In this document: positions 14,709-27,063 of the stretch, in pieces
Layout of the letters: the number at the start of each line of letters is the position of its first letter
Position numbering within the stretch: position 1 is the stretch's first letter
From: Trichoplax sp. H2
Taxonomy: Eukaryota
Length of the DNA stretch: 49,400 nucleotides
Assembly (NCBI GenBank): GCA_003344405.1
Contig: NOWV01000018.1
Coordinates: 806,001 to 855,400 of the forward strand
Direction: 5' to 3'
Notes under the pieces: generated by a model
Database searches by the model: none
What the model was told of the DNA's origin: nothing
The model's input: only the letters and a program-made list of their open reading frames with translations
Program-made: the position numbers and the translations under genes

Positions 14709-15120
14709 CTGCACAGATAATTTGATGATCCTACGCATCGCGTTGCTGCATGATTTGACATCATCGCCATAGCTATCCACGATTTTTCAGATCTCAAATG
14801 AGTCCAGCTCCTCATCGCCTACTCCCCAACGACTCGTACTTCCGCAAAACATGAGCATTTTATTCTATTTATACTAATTCATGTTGCAAAATTTGAACTA
14901 GTCGACTACAGTAAACTACATCGTCGTCACTGTTTATCTTTTAGTCAAAAGCCATTTCATCGTATTCATTTTTATGCTATGACTGCACAGACAATTTCAT
15001 CCTCCTATCTATGGAGTTAATTGATCATTTCCTATCATCGCCCTAGTCATGCAACACTTTTCGACATGTAGTATTTCAAATTGGAGCCATTTTTTCTCAT
15101 TACTCACTACCTCACTCCTT
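14709..15120 (+). repeat. Diverged direct duplication, period about 274 bp
   Basis: ctgcacagataatttgatgatcctacgcatcgcgtt...atcatcgccatagctatccacgatttttc (14709-) versus ctgcacagacaatttcatcctcctatctatggagtt...atcatcgccctagtcatgcaacacttttc (14983-). Confidence 0.55.
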
Positions 15121-18100
15121 CGCCAAGACATTACCATTTAATGCCATCCGTGCCTGTCCTAAGGCAGAATGCCAACAACTTACGGACAAAGGAACGGACG
15201 GATGTCTCTCGTCATACGTCATATTCACTCTTCCATGATCGTGTTCTTCTCAGTCGTGTAGATATCGCCATATGATACGCATACTACATTCTTGGCGTTA
15301 TACTGTTCTACTAGTTTGTTACTGACCGTAAGGACGGTACTACCATAGAGTTTTCTTTCAAGAGAAACTCTATGCAAAAAAGCAGAAAGAGGATGAGAAC
15401 AGCTGCGGGGGAGTCCAGTGAGCCCCTGAAGATTCATCAATGCCCTAGTGACGTTCATGGCAACAATTTTGCCTTCTAAAATGGCCAGTCGTCTTTTCTG
15501 AGCAGGAAAGAATCTTTCTAAATATCCTTAATACATCACTAATCAACTTTCTTAAGAGTACAGGATGATGACAAGGTCTAGAGAAATGGATTTGTTTCTT
15601 CTTGATCATCCTACAGTACAGTATTCTCTTATTAACCATGATGCAAGCGTAGACGGGCCGTTGCTTTGACAACCATCATGGACGATTTAGTATTACTCGA
15701 CTGTCAAGAGAGTAAATGATATGATGGCCACCATTTTAATTTATGTATGCCTGTAGCAATGTTACCGTAGAATTTTATGATGAACTTTTCAACATTCCAA
15801 TTAATATCAATAGCACGATTGAACTCAACTAGTTCCAAAAGAGGACAGTCAAAGTAGTGGCATCCCCCGGAAATAACCCCAACTGTAATCATCCTATAGA
15901 TACCACAATTATACAATATCAGTAATCATGGCAGATAGTAAGATGATTACACTTAATTGCTATTCGACAGTTTATTTCATCAAGGAGTATTATCGACCAT
16001 GGCATCCGGATAACAGTTAAACCGTATCAATAATAACAGTCATTACACACCTTAATGCTATCATTGTAATCTAAGCGATTGTCTTAATAGAAAAAATACA
16101 TTTGTTAATGTGTCAAGAAATGGATTGATTGATCGATGCTGGGAAAGAAAAGTAGAAAGCCTGCATCAAAAGGAAATAAGACAAAAACCTTATATAGTTG
16201 AAATAAGACAATATAGTTTAGAAACAATGATTGGATAGTCATCAATGGGTCAAATTGTATAGGTCAAATTAACAACATTGAAAATTGAATCCAATCATCA
16301 ATTTACCGTTCGTATTCTTTTACAGTTATTATGCTAATAGCCAGTAATTGAACAAAATTATAGTCATCAGGGGATATTAATTATTCACATTCAACAGCCA
16401 CGACATCTTTATGAGGAATAATGAAGAGGAATAGTAAGAATAATTTGTTTTGCCAATCTACTCATTTCCAGCTATTGTCAAAAAGACAAAGCAATCCAAG
16501 TCAATTCTCAGCCAGCATCCATATTATTTTTCTCCTTCATGTTGTTACTCGAAGCCTTAGCAGCAGTTGATTTTTTTTTCTTCCATCCTTTGGCTTGCCG
16601 TCAATCTTAGTCTATTTCATTAGACTTTATAACACTTACTCTCCTTGAATGATCACTTTCATGCCGTATTTCATATGTCAACGTCAAGATTAAAGCTACG
16701 AAAACGTTAAGGGCTAATACATAAAAATGTCCCGCACAGGCAAGTTAAATAGATACGTAAAAAAGAATCATTTTCTACCTTCAGTGTTATTTCTATCGTG
16801 CGCATACCAAGAAAAAAGCAAGCGCATAAAAAACAATATCCTAGTTCAATCGAATTGCATCACCTTGAAATTGCCCATAGACGTTCAATGTGCTATTTCA
16901 AACAGACTAAAACTTTCTATCACTTTGATACATCATTTCAAATTACTTTTCGCCACATTTTTACACTTTTCAACAATCTAAATTACGTATCTTCGTGCAA
17001 CAATATCATCCGCCTATCAAAACGATACTATGTCCAACTATTTTTGATTTAGCTATTCAACCTGATGACGTAGCGTTATATGTCTTGATTGCTATCGATA
17101 ACGTAGAATTAAAATAATTGAGGATAAATATAATTAACCTACATTCGAAAATTCGATCACAGTACTTTAGTCAAGTTATTCACTGTAATCAAGAAGAAAG
17201 ACATAACAAAATATATTCTACAAGATCTATAATCTTCTTTATTCTGAAAAGAGAGATCGACTGTTAAGATTACTGTTGGTGTTAATGTTTCAAGATTATT
17301 TAAATTTTGTTTCTTCTTGAGGAACAAATACAAAAAGTTTACACGCACACTATAATGTCTAATATAAACGATATTTAATATTGACAACGGATGAATTTGT
17401 TTAAATACACATCTAGCGCCAAAAGTCAATCCTTAGTTAATAAATAGAATGTTAGTATAACGTGCATTAGTTTCTTCCATTCTCCTTCCAATTTTTTTGA
17501 TAACATGGCCGACTTGATAGAATATAGCCTGCAAGATTAGCCGTTATCAAGTGTTACAACTGGCTAACATTAGCGTTACTTTAATTGTATATCCCATTCC
17601 TTTGATCTTTTACTTCATTTAAACACCTTCACCATTACATGATTATTGAGTAACGATTGTTTCCACTCGGATAACTAATAATACATTAATGTAAAATAAC
17701 ACCGAATACGATAGATTGAAAATGACTTGATTTTTTAGCTAAAGAAGAAAGAGAGTTCTCCTATCATTGGTTGTTCTTTACACATTATTATCAATACCAT
17801 CAAGATGCTCATCACATAAGTAGAAAGCATTGATCCTATCCTGCGACGATATCAGTCTAAATTGGCTTACATAAATCAAGAATAGATTTTGATACATGGT
17901 TTTAGCTATTTAGGATTAGTAAACCCTAATTATATCATCGAGTTAATAACAAGTTTATATTTCATTCCCTATATCACTAAACTCAACACTTTTTAATAAC
18001 AATGACGATAGAGGATGAGAAAAATTTACAACTAGCAACATCACAAGTTTTGTTCATCCTTGAAATTTACAAGCATCTAAACAAGGTTTTGATTAAAAAT

Positions 18101-18980
18101 GATGACATCTGCTCGTCCGTCCCATTTTCCTTTTCTATTAGAAAATTAGTTGTTTCTATTAATTGTCAGATTTCCTGTTAAATTGCCAGTTAAAATTAAT
18201 GTCACTTACTGTAATTATGATTGACTGATTAATTCATTACATGTCATATAACTTAAATACGCAAATTAGGTAAGGAAGGCATTGAGAAATCTTGACAATC
18301 TGAAATGAAATGAGTATGTACCATCATAAAAAATAGATATTAACCTAGCAATAACGGATACTATCTTAGGACTCACTGTTGTAGAAGAACTAGTGATCAG
18401 ATTTTGGTAATTAATTACCATACTTTTATGATCTTCATCATATCAGAAACGCAATGACCAATCTCCATAGCAATATGAAGAAGATTATTTTCAATCATGA
18501 TTGTGAAAGAAAATCGATTTTAGTAAACGATCATGTAACAACTTGATTGATCAATGCTCAGTATGATGATCTACCACGACTCCATTTAAACAAATTTTAA
18601 TGGAGAAAGATCGAGATGATAATGAACGATTACTATCCAAATATTCTTCGATATTAATAGGATCAAAATTAGAGTAATTGAATTCTTAATCAGTAACAAG
18701 ATTGGCATGATAATAAACTATAAACGAACACCTGGAACCTGCTAACTTTTAATGTAGTTAATTTACAAATGATAACATTTGAGAAAGATGAAAACAATGA
18801 TTTAAACTCTACTAGTTTAAATAATTTAAATATATTTTATACGAATACGGCCATAAAAAACATCTAAGCAGCAATTTTCAAATATCTAACTGATTGTTTT
18901 AATAAATCTACCTGGGAAATATTGCAAATCGATAGCACCCGTTGCAGTACTAAAGAGACTAATGGTATAATTCATAGGAT

Positions 18981-19083
18981 AATTGATTTACAGCTTTCTT
19001 GTATATCTCATCGGTAACCTTATGTTATAAGAAAATCGATTTACAGCTTTCTTATATATACCCATCGGTGATTTTATGTTAAG
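18981..19083 (+). repeat. Tandem duplication of a ~53-bp unit (2 copies)
   Basis: aattgatttacagctttcttgtatatctcatcggtaaccttatgtta (18981) and aatcgatttacagctttcttatatatacccatcggtgattttatgtta (19034). Confidence 0.85.
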
Positions 19084-19289
19084 ATTGTCTGCAAAAACGT
19101 CTAGATACAATTTCTGTAGGGTTAACATTAGTTTGAATTCGGATTATAAAGATAGATTGTTTAATATATTGAGAAGATAGTTGTTCAAATCTATAGCTAA
19201 ATAGCGTCGTTGAGAATTTTTGATCGCATTAGAAAATTTCTACCATTCATTTTGTTTGTTAAACATTTCAATACTTTACGACAAATAAA

Positions 19290-19890
19290 TTTAAATCGTA
19301 TCTAGTCAATTAAAACATGTGAAGACTATTATCATTTTTCTATCTTTGTGACAATATTACTCGTTGATCATCACTTATGTCCGTATCCGGCATTAATTTA
19401 ATAGTTAAACTATTTCAGTTGGACTTTTCAATAGCTTATAAGTCGAGTTGATTAGATAAACTTGGAGCTTATCAAATGATATTTATTAATTTTCTATGGA
19501 ATAATGAAGCCATTTTTCCTCTAACGTATTCATTTCTCTAATGGAGAACTGCAAACAATTTGGTCGAGTTGGCTAGTCTTCAAAATCATTAATTTCTAAC
19601 TAAAACACCTCTTTGAACAACAATTTTTTTATAGAATATTTGCTAATATTGTCAAGGAAAGTTATTGAAAGCTCTGCCATGTCTTTTATAATCAAATTTA
19701 TTCTTACATCATCGGCCTTAGTTAATATAATCACTATTTCAAAAGTAATCTTTAAGTCGATTAGAAATGATCGTATTTTCATTTTATATACTAAACTATT
19801 TTCTATATTCCTTACATGAACATCGTTTATCCATTCTATTATTTTCTGTAAGCTTCTACATTGTGACTTGTCTCCATTTTGTTTCAGTTA
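19290..19890 (-). pseudogene. Possible second decayed Roc-COR remnant
   Basis: A stop-free minus-strand stretch (19600-19887) reads SLQKIIEWINDVH...FEIVIILTKADDV, resembling Roc WLxxIH followed by the G4 (T[HK]xD) motif. About 350 nt downstream, YCHKDRKMIIV...ID* resembles YCDKDKILSKMIVSDIDW of the 4-kb COR pseudogene. Confidence 0.3.
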
Positions 19891-21298
19891 ATATAAAAGT
19901 ACATGAAATTTTAAGCACATTCATATCGATTAACCGTATTGTAAATTCATACTTAAAATATAGCAGTCCATTATACCATTATTAATCTTTTAATATCATC
20001 CTGAGTTATACTGGATATTGAACATATTTCAAAGAATCTTCTCTTACGAAAAAGAAAGATTGTAATGGGAATAAATTATCGAAATTCTCCCGGATTGCTG
20101 CCCATTATAGATTGCAGGAGAATATGCTAAAAACGCATAATATAGACAATACGCTATAACCTATGGCTAGTAATAGAGAAAATCAAATTGGTATATATTA
20201 ATCCTCTTACCTCAATTTGACCACCAGCTGTTGATGTTGACTGCAATCGATCGTGACTATTGAGTTTTAACAAATGTTTGCGAAGTTAAATTCAAAGGAA
20301 ATAATCAATGCACTCATCACTTTTATTCAGTCATTTTCAAAAAAAATCTCAAGCGTTAAGAAGGCAATTGTAATAGGGTAGAATAAATAGATAACTTAAT
20401 ACTTTGAAATAATATCGGAATTAATTCTTAAATCATTGAAAAAAATGCAGCCATGAATAATACTTAAATATTTTAAGCTAAATATGATACAGATTAATAG
20501 AATAAGATCGGTGACCTTTCATTGCTTGGGCGATTAGATCATTGATATGTTTTATTCAATCCTGGAGATTTACTAACCAGTTAAGATGTAAACTAATCAT
20601 TAAAAAGTTAACTTCATGCTATCATACATTAAATGAATCATTTACATTCGAGATGGAATCGACCACAGTAGGTAAAAGAGAAGCTAAAGTTCTTATAAAT
20701 GATGGGCCTTACAACAGTTGTCTTTTTACATGTTAGCAGATTTATCAATGATGACAAAATCTTTTCCTAACTTATCGAGTTAATATCATCTACCCATACA
20801 AGGAGTAAATTTCTGAATAGCAAAGGAAATGGTTTGACACCTCCAATAAATCTAACTGTTTTATATTCCAAGTTGCACTAACATGAAAAACGAATCACTA
20901 GTTGATATCTACTGTATGAATATGCACTCAATTATTTCAACTTGACCCTAGCGGTAGCGAATAAACATGCAGCTGGTAATTCTCGCCAGATTATTTCCAT
21001 TCAATACATCTTGACTCTAAAGTAGTAAATTCTTACAGCTTTTACTGATTAGCAGTCTTATAAAGCAGCGTAAATTCTACAAATAAAAGCTCCAATCTAT
21101 CAATGTCATCGTCTCTATTTTTCCATTTCATTTTCAGCCTTTTTGTATTTATTTCGTGGCCATTGATTTACGAATATCATTTTAATCATGTATGCCTAAA
21201 CAATTCATTCGTTGTTCATCTATTTTATCGATTATCCTAGAACATAGTACCAAAATGAAGTAGGTAGATTAACATAATTGTTTTTCATTCTATTGCAG

Positions 21299-23941
21299 CT
21301 TCGGGCCCTCCGTACATATGCCTTTGCACGCAAAGTTGCAATGCAGCATTAAACGAAAGACGCACATGTACAGCTCAAATTAGCTGTTTTCATAGCATTG
21401 TTAAGAATAATGCCACTGGAGTTATTGAAGAAAATCATGGCTGTTTCGATCATATACTTCAAAGTAAATTTTGTGGCCGCCAAACTCCACTTTCATCGGT
21501 GGTGTGTTGTAAAAGTAATTACTGCAATGATAATGTTCATGGAACTGGAAGCGATAAAATACGTGCTACACTACCAATTACTACACCTACTACAGGTAAT
21601 AAAAGAAGTAAATCATTCATTTTTATTTAGTAAAGTTAATTGCAATTCTATAGCACTGATTGCTCTTTTAATACAAATTAAATGTTAACTGTATGATTTT
21701 ATCTTTCCTAATATCACTTTCTAGCTGCCACAACAGGCCAAAGTATTGGTGGATCGGATGGATTTATGCTTGCGTTAACTATTGTTATTCCTGTCTTAGT
21801 ATTATTACTAGTAGCTGCTATTGCTGTATGGCTTATACGAAGATCGCATCAACGCCATATGAGAGAATTATCGTCAAACAATTTGAAAGATCTAGAATTA
21901 AACCTTAAAGAGCAAGTTCCTTACTACCCACCAGATCGAACAGCAAGGTCGACCACAGATTATACATCGCAGCAAACTGGTATGCAAACAGAAATGACTT
22001 CAGGCAGTGGTTCAGGAGTTCCTCGCCTAGCTACGCGTACATTGGCTAAAGATGTTAAATTATTAAATGTTGTTGGTAAGTAGAGGCCAAGATAATTTGA
22101 AGTTATTGGCTATAATTATTCCATTGGTTTTGACTTTGCTCTTATAAGGCACAAATGTACTCAAAACCCAAAGTGCTAGAAATAGATTTGCATAATACTA
22201 TAAATCGATTTCGATAAGTTTTCCCATCCTAGCATTAAAGTTGCATGACCCTAGATAATGTGTATCTTAAAGATTCCATAAATTGAGATCTAGTAATATC
22301 AGATAGTATTAAAGATCGAAATATCATAAAGTCTTTCATTTGTATTATGGAGTCTTAGCTCAAAGTTTGCTATATCCATTTCTATAAGATACTGCAGTTG
22401 TTATATTTAAGTTATAGAAAACAATGTCGTTCACTTTCGCTTCTAAAGATGGATGAAATTGAACCAGTTTCTTATAAAATGCGATTAGAGAGGCTTTTTC
22501 TAAAGTGTTATGTACTGTATTCTTTCCCGCAGTATCCATTAAAATCAATCAAAAAGTTTATATCAATGATTTAAATTCGCCTTTTCCTCTTCATACTGTT
22601 AATCGATCATTTTCTCACCTATATCTTGATTTGGCTATGATATTATTAGGTAAAGGTCGTTATGGCGATGTTCGTAAAGCTAAGTATCATGGGCAAAAAG
22701 TCGCTGTCAAAATATTTTCTTCGCGCGATGAAAGATCATGGTTACGTGAACGGCACATCTATGAAAACGTCCTTACTCGCCATGAAAATGTACTGTGTTA
22801 TTATGCATCTGATATGACTTCCAGCCAATCCTGCACGCAAATGTGGCTAATGACCCAATATCATGAGAATGGATCATTATATGATTATCTACAACGTCAA
22901 GTACTTGACCCATTAGAGCTGCTACGTTTAGCTTACTCGGCTTCAAGTGGTTTAGCCTACTTACATACAGAAATTGTGGGAACGCACGATAAATTAGCTG
23001 TGGCACATCGTGATGTTAAAAGTAAAAATATTTTAATTATGGACAATGGTAACTGTTGTGTGGCTGACATGGGCCTTGCAGTTACATTTAGTTCTGATCG
23101 TGGAATCCTTAATCTCGGCGATAATCCTAAAGTGGGTACCAAACGTTACATGCCACCAGAAGTTTTAACTGAACGATTCAATCAAGACAATTTTGATTCA
23201 TTCCGCAAAATGGATGTTTACTCATTTGGATTAGTTCTATGGGAGATCGCTAGAAGATGTAAAACAGAATGTAAGTATTCAATGGACGAGAATGAATGAT
23301 ATGGTGAAACTTACTAATTGAATCATCTTACGCTTAAAATGAATAATTAACATCTTCTCATTTCTCCTCTTAATGATATAGATGCCGATGCCGATGAATA
23401 TCAACTGCCTTACTTTGGTAAAGTTCCTAATGATCCTTCGGTCGATGAAATGAGAAAAATAGTGGTTGAAGATAAAATAAGGCCACAAATACCCAAAAGA
23501 CTCAAGAACCATGAGGTAAGCGTATTATTTATTTTGGTCACTCCTAAATCTAACTGTATATCATACCATTAGGATAGGACAGTTTTCGAGATCCGTTATA
23601 GTTTCTATGATAATCCGTAAATTAACAGTCATATTACATCGTTTTTTATGGATAAAATCATTGAAATTAAATCATCTAATTAGATATACAAGATATCATA
23701 CTTAATTAAGAAGGTTGATCAGCGATTATGCCTTTTATTAATTGTATGGTTTCTTTCAATTATTCTATTGATGAAATAGATTTTAAGGCCATACTGTAAA
23801 GTAATTCGAGAATGCTGGAGCGAGAATCCAAGTTCAAGATTGTCCATGCTACGAGTCAAGAAGACATTGATGAAAATGGTCAATAAGCTAGAATTTCAGA
23901 AATCGAAAGATTTGGCATCGAGTAATGAGGCAATAGCGTAA
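21299..23941 (+). CDS. ACVR1: TGF-beta/BMP type I receptor Ser/Thr kinase, ALK1/2 (ACVR1/Saxophone) class; signal-peptide exon not identified
   Basis: Exons 21299-21595 (10-Cys ectodomain ending CCKSNYCN), 21725-22075 ([27 protein letters not shown] box TSGSGSG), 22650-23270 (GKGRYG, VAVKIF, L45 loop [37 protein letters not shown]), 23382-23515 and 23780-23941 (ECW...[14 protein letters not shown]). All junctions are GT-AG and in phase. The ASDMTS L45 loop is diagnostic of ALK1/2. Confidence 0.93.
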
Positions 23942-25579
23942 AATTATAAAGGCAGTTGATTCAAATATAAATATTTCAGAATTTTATAGACGGCAGCAAT
24001 GCATCCATCGGATTCCTCGTTTTATTTCTTTTTAATTCGTTTCAAGCTAGTCATTATTGAGAACTTGATGACAAATGAAACTTATACCCTATTGTGATAA
24101 GTATTGTCGTCGTACCCTCTTTGGGTTACTTCTTCATCTTGCGCGTTTATTTACTTCTACCTGATAGTTATTCATTATCAGTTAGAAATGTTAATTTGTT
24201 TCATTTTTTTTTTACATTTTTTTGAGGGACTTTTTTAGTTTTTAATTAGCAAAGCTAAAGTTTTGACCAATGCTTCTATTAATGCCATGTTGTGTTCGAG
24301 ATAGTAGATAATAAGGCTTCTATAAAGCCATTTCTTACCTTTGTGAAATATCTGCACTTTATCAGAGTATAACCTTATACTAGTAGAATTGCAGCCATCT
24401 CTACTTTTCAGACACTATTTGTCTGATTTATTGATATTATCTTCCTGTAAATACCTTTTATATCGCATGTACATCCTACTTGTCATGAGCAAAAATGTAG
24501 CGATAACTAGAAAGCGACAATTGAAAGTGATGAAATTAATTTTGGTAGCTATATCATATCGTTAAATGATCTGGTATCGCTGATATTGACATATTAGTGT
24601 ACATAAATTTGCGCGTACTGTACTGTATATACTTATATGAGTATTGATATCTCATATACACGTACGTTTATTCCAACATGTAGACTTTTCTTACATGTAT
24701 AATACATATAAGATTATGTATACAATCCAATTTGTTTGTATTCTGTTTTTAACTATTAATGATTAAATAATTTACTACTGATAGAAATCAACCTTGTACA
24801 GTACAGTATATGATCAATCCTATAGTTACTTGTAGTTTAGCAAATACTACGATAATTACTAACATCTCCAAATTGGATAGTAATCCTGTGATCTTTATTT
24901 TTTATGCATAATTCCACAGTATCAGATTCTATTGGTCAAAGCTAACCATTTTAACTATCAAAGTCGGTGTAAAAAATTGCTTTGCTTGGATTATGATTTG
25001 TCTAGGTCAAATTACGATATAAAATTTATAAAAAATATCTCTATAAATTTCTATATACACATACACATATATATTTGTGTATTCACAATCATCAATCGCT
25101 AGAAGATATTCTTCTAGCAAACTAAAGATTTCGAAGTATTTTCCTTCAAGTGTTACATTTATAAATTTTAAGGATTTTCTTTTCTTTTGTTCAAATTTTT
25201 TAAAGAATAGCTCTAATCGTACATGTCATCACAATTTCGCATTGTCGATAAAATGCACAATTTTGCTAAATTTCCTTACACGCTATACCTGAATAATTAA
25301 AATTGTTTTCATTTCCAACAATAACAGTATATGTTCATGTCTTCAAACTGAAAATTTTATTTTATCATGAACATAAAAATTAATGTATTATATATTATAA
25401 TTTGTTTGACTGTATTGTTGGCTTCTTAATTTTCGGTCTGTAATATCAAATTAACATTGATTTGTAAATATATAGCTGACAATCACTATCTTCAGTTGAA
25501 TAAATCGGCTTTCTTAACAATTAATCACATGATGTTGTCTAATGAAGTTGTGAAAATTGCTTAAATTTAATTGCTATAG

Positions 25580-25617
25580 TAGTACAGCAGTATCTAAAGC
25601 CTAGATCTGCTGTACTA
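25580..25617. repeat. Inverted repeat / hairpin (16-bp stem, one bulge, 5-nt loop)
   Basis: tagtacagcag(t)atcta-aagcc-tagatctgctgtacta. Confidence 0.7.
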
Positions 25618-27063
25618 AATTTAAACTACAAATAATCAGTATTGGCGTATAATTTAAACACTGATCAAAATCATTTTGATATAGGTGATTATGTAGCTAC
25701 ATTTTATAAAACATTACTGAGACAAACAGAATCAGGTATCGACAAAACTCTAAGTTTCTAAGAGAAATCCTATGTTCAATTGTTCATTACTCTTTCAACA
25801 TTACTACCAATTTTAAGAAAGAAGGATGACATGTGCTATGTATATCAACATAAAAGTTCCTTTATCGATATCGGACTTTTGGATAAGTTGTGCAGCATAA
25901 CAGTGAAAAACTCAGTAATATTAAATTGATATAAAATTAGTTTTGGGTGCTATTTATTATGTAACTATGCTGACAATGTCTGGTTTCTTTTTCATTACTT
26001 TTAAGTAGCATTACTATCGATAATTCATGGTTACACGTGATTTTAATTCTAAGTAGCACTTGATAATGAGTACCGGTAATTCTTTAGTATTTACAGTTGT
26101 GTGGTTGGTTATAATTTTAACCCAAAGCTTGCAAATGTTAAATGAACGACTGCGAATATCTGTTGATTGCACCCCTTAAGTCAAATGGAACAAATTATAC
26201 ATGATTATTGCATGAACGTACTACCGTAATGATAAGAAATTAAAAATGAACTGCACTTTAGGAATCGTTTTTAAGCCATCATTTTAGCAAGCACTTAAAC
26301 AAGATACAAAATGATTGTAATATGAACTCTTTTATTTTCTAATAGCTAATATTTAATTCAAGGACATGGCAAAATGATGCCGCCTGTATTTTAATATGGT
26401 ACTATTAACACTCATATTTTATAATAAATACTGTTCGCACCAAATCAGACAATATGCAGCTTAGCAACATGTATAGGCAAGGTTGCTAACAGCAGTATCA
26501 TTGCTATATATAAACCATAGAATACTCTATGTACTATCACTGGAATTAATCAAAGGGATTACTTTCCAGGCTCGATGGTACAATTTAAAAGATATGTCAT
26601 TATTAACTAATGTAAGACATTGTTACATCACCAGTCATGAGATAAGTTTTACGAAGCAGAAGTTGCCGCTGCATCAACCATTATATTCGTCACCTATGTT
26701 AACTGCAACACGAATACCCTAACTATGAGAAATTTCTTATCATCGGGGAATTTAAGAAAAGTTTATATTACAAGTTCAAATTCCAGTCAAGCTTGTTTCA
26801 TGCAGAAATATATCCAAAGTAAACTCGCCCATAAGTCCACTCGATTGTTATAAAAACAATATGTTAAAAAGCAACATTCAAATGGTATTCTACTGCAATA
26901 TAAACATTTATATAGTATTAATTCTATATTAATGTCACGATATATGTACAAGACGTGAATACAGCATATATAATATATACAGTAGAAAGTACAAGCTATG
27001 TGCCAGCGAGGTTTAGCAAAACTGTGAAGTTAAGAATCTTGAATTACGAGCATTTTAAACAGT

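Noticed and set aside
15344-15374. Hairpin catagagttt...aaactctatg containing TTCAAGAGA, the common synthetic shRNA loop
   Set aside because: Stem is only 10-12 bp with no vector or Pol III context; most likely coincidence.
15081-15916. Cluster of 64-77 aa ORFs in a GC-richer patch
   Set aside because: No recognisable domains or consistent splice structure; may be UTR or regulatory sequence.
21398-21908. ORFs 21398-21688 and 21693-21908
   Set aside because: Wrong-frame overlaps of the receptor ectodomain and TM exons.
22505-22649. N-terminal extension of the kinase ORF (MLCTVFF...)
   Set aside because: Intron read-through; the true exon starts at the acceptor at 22650.
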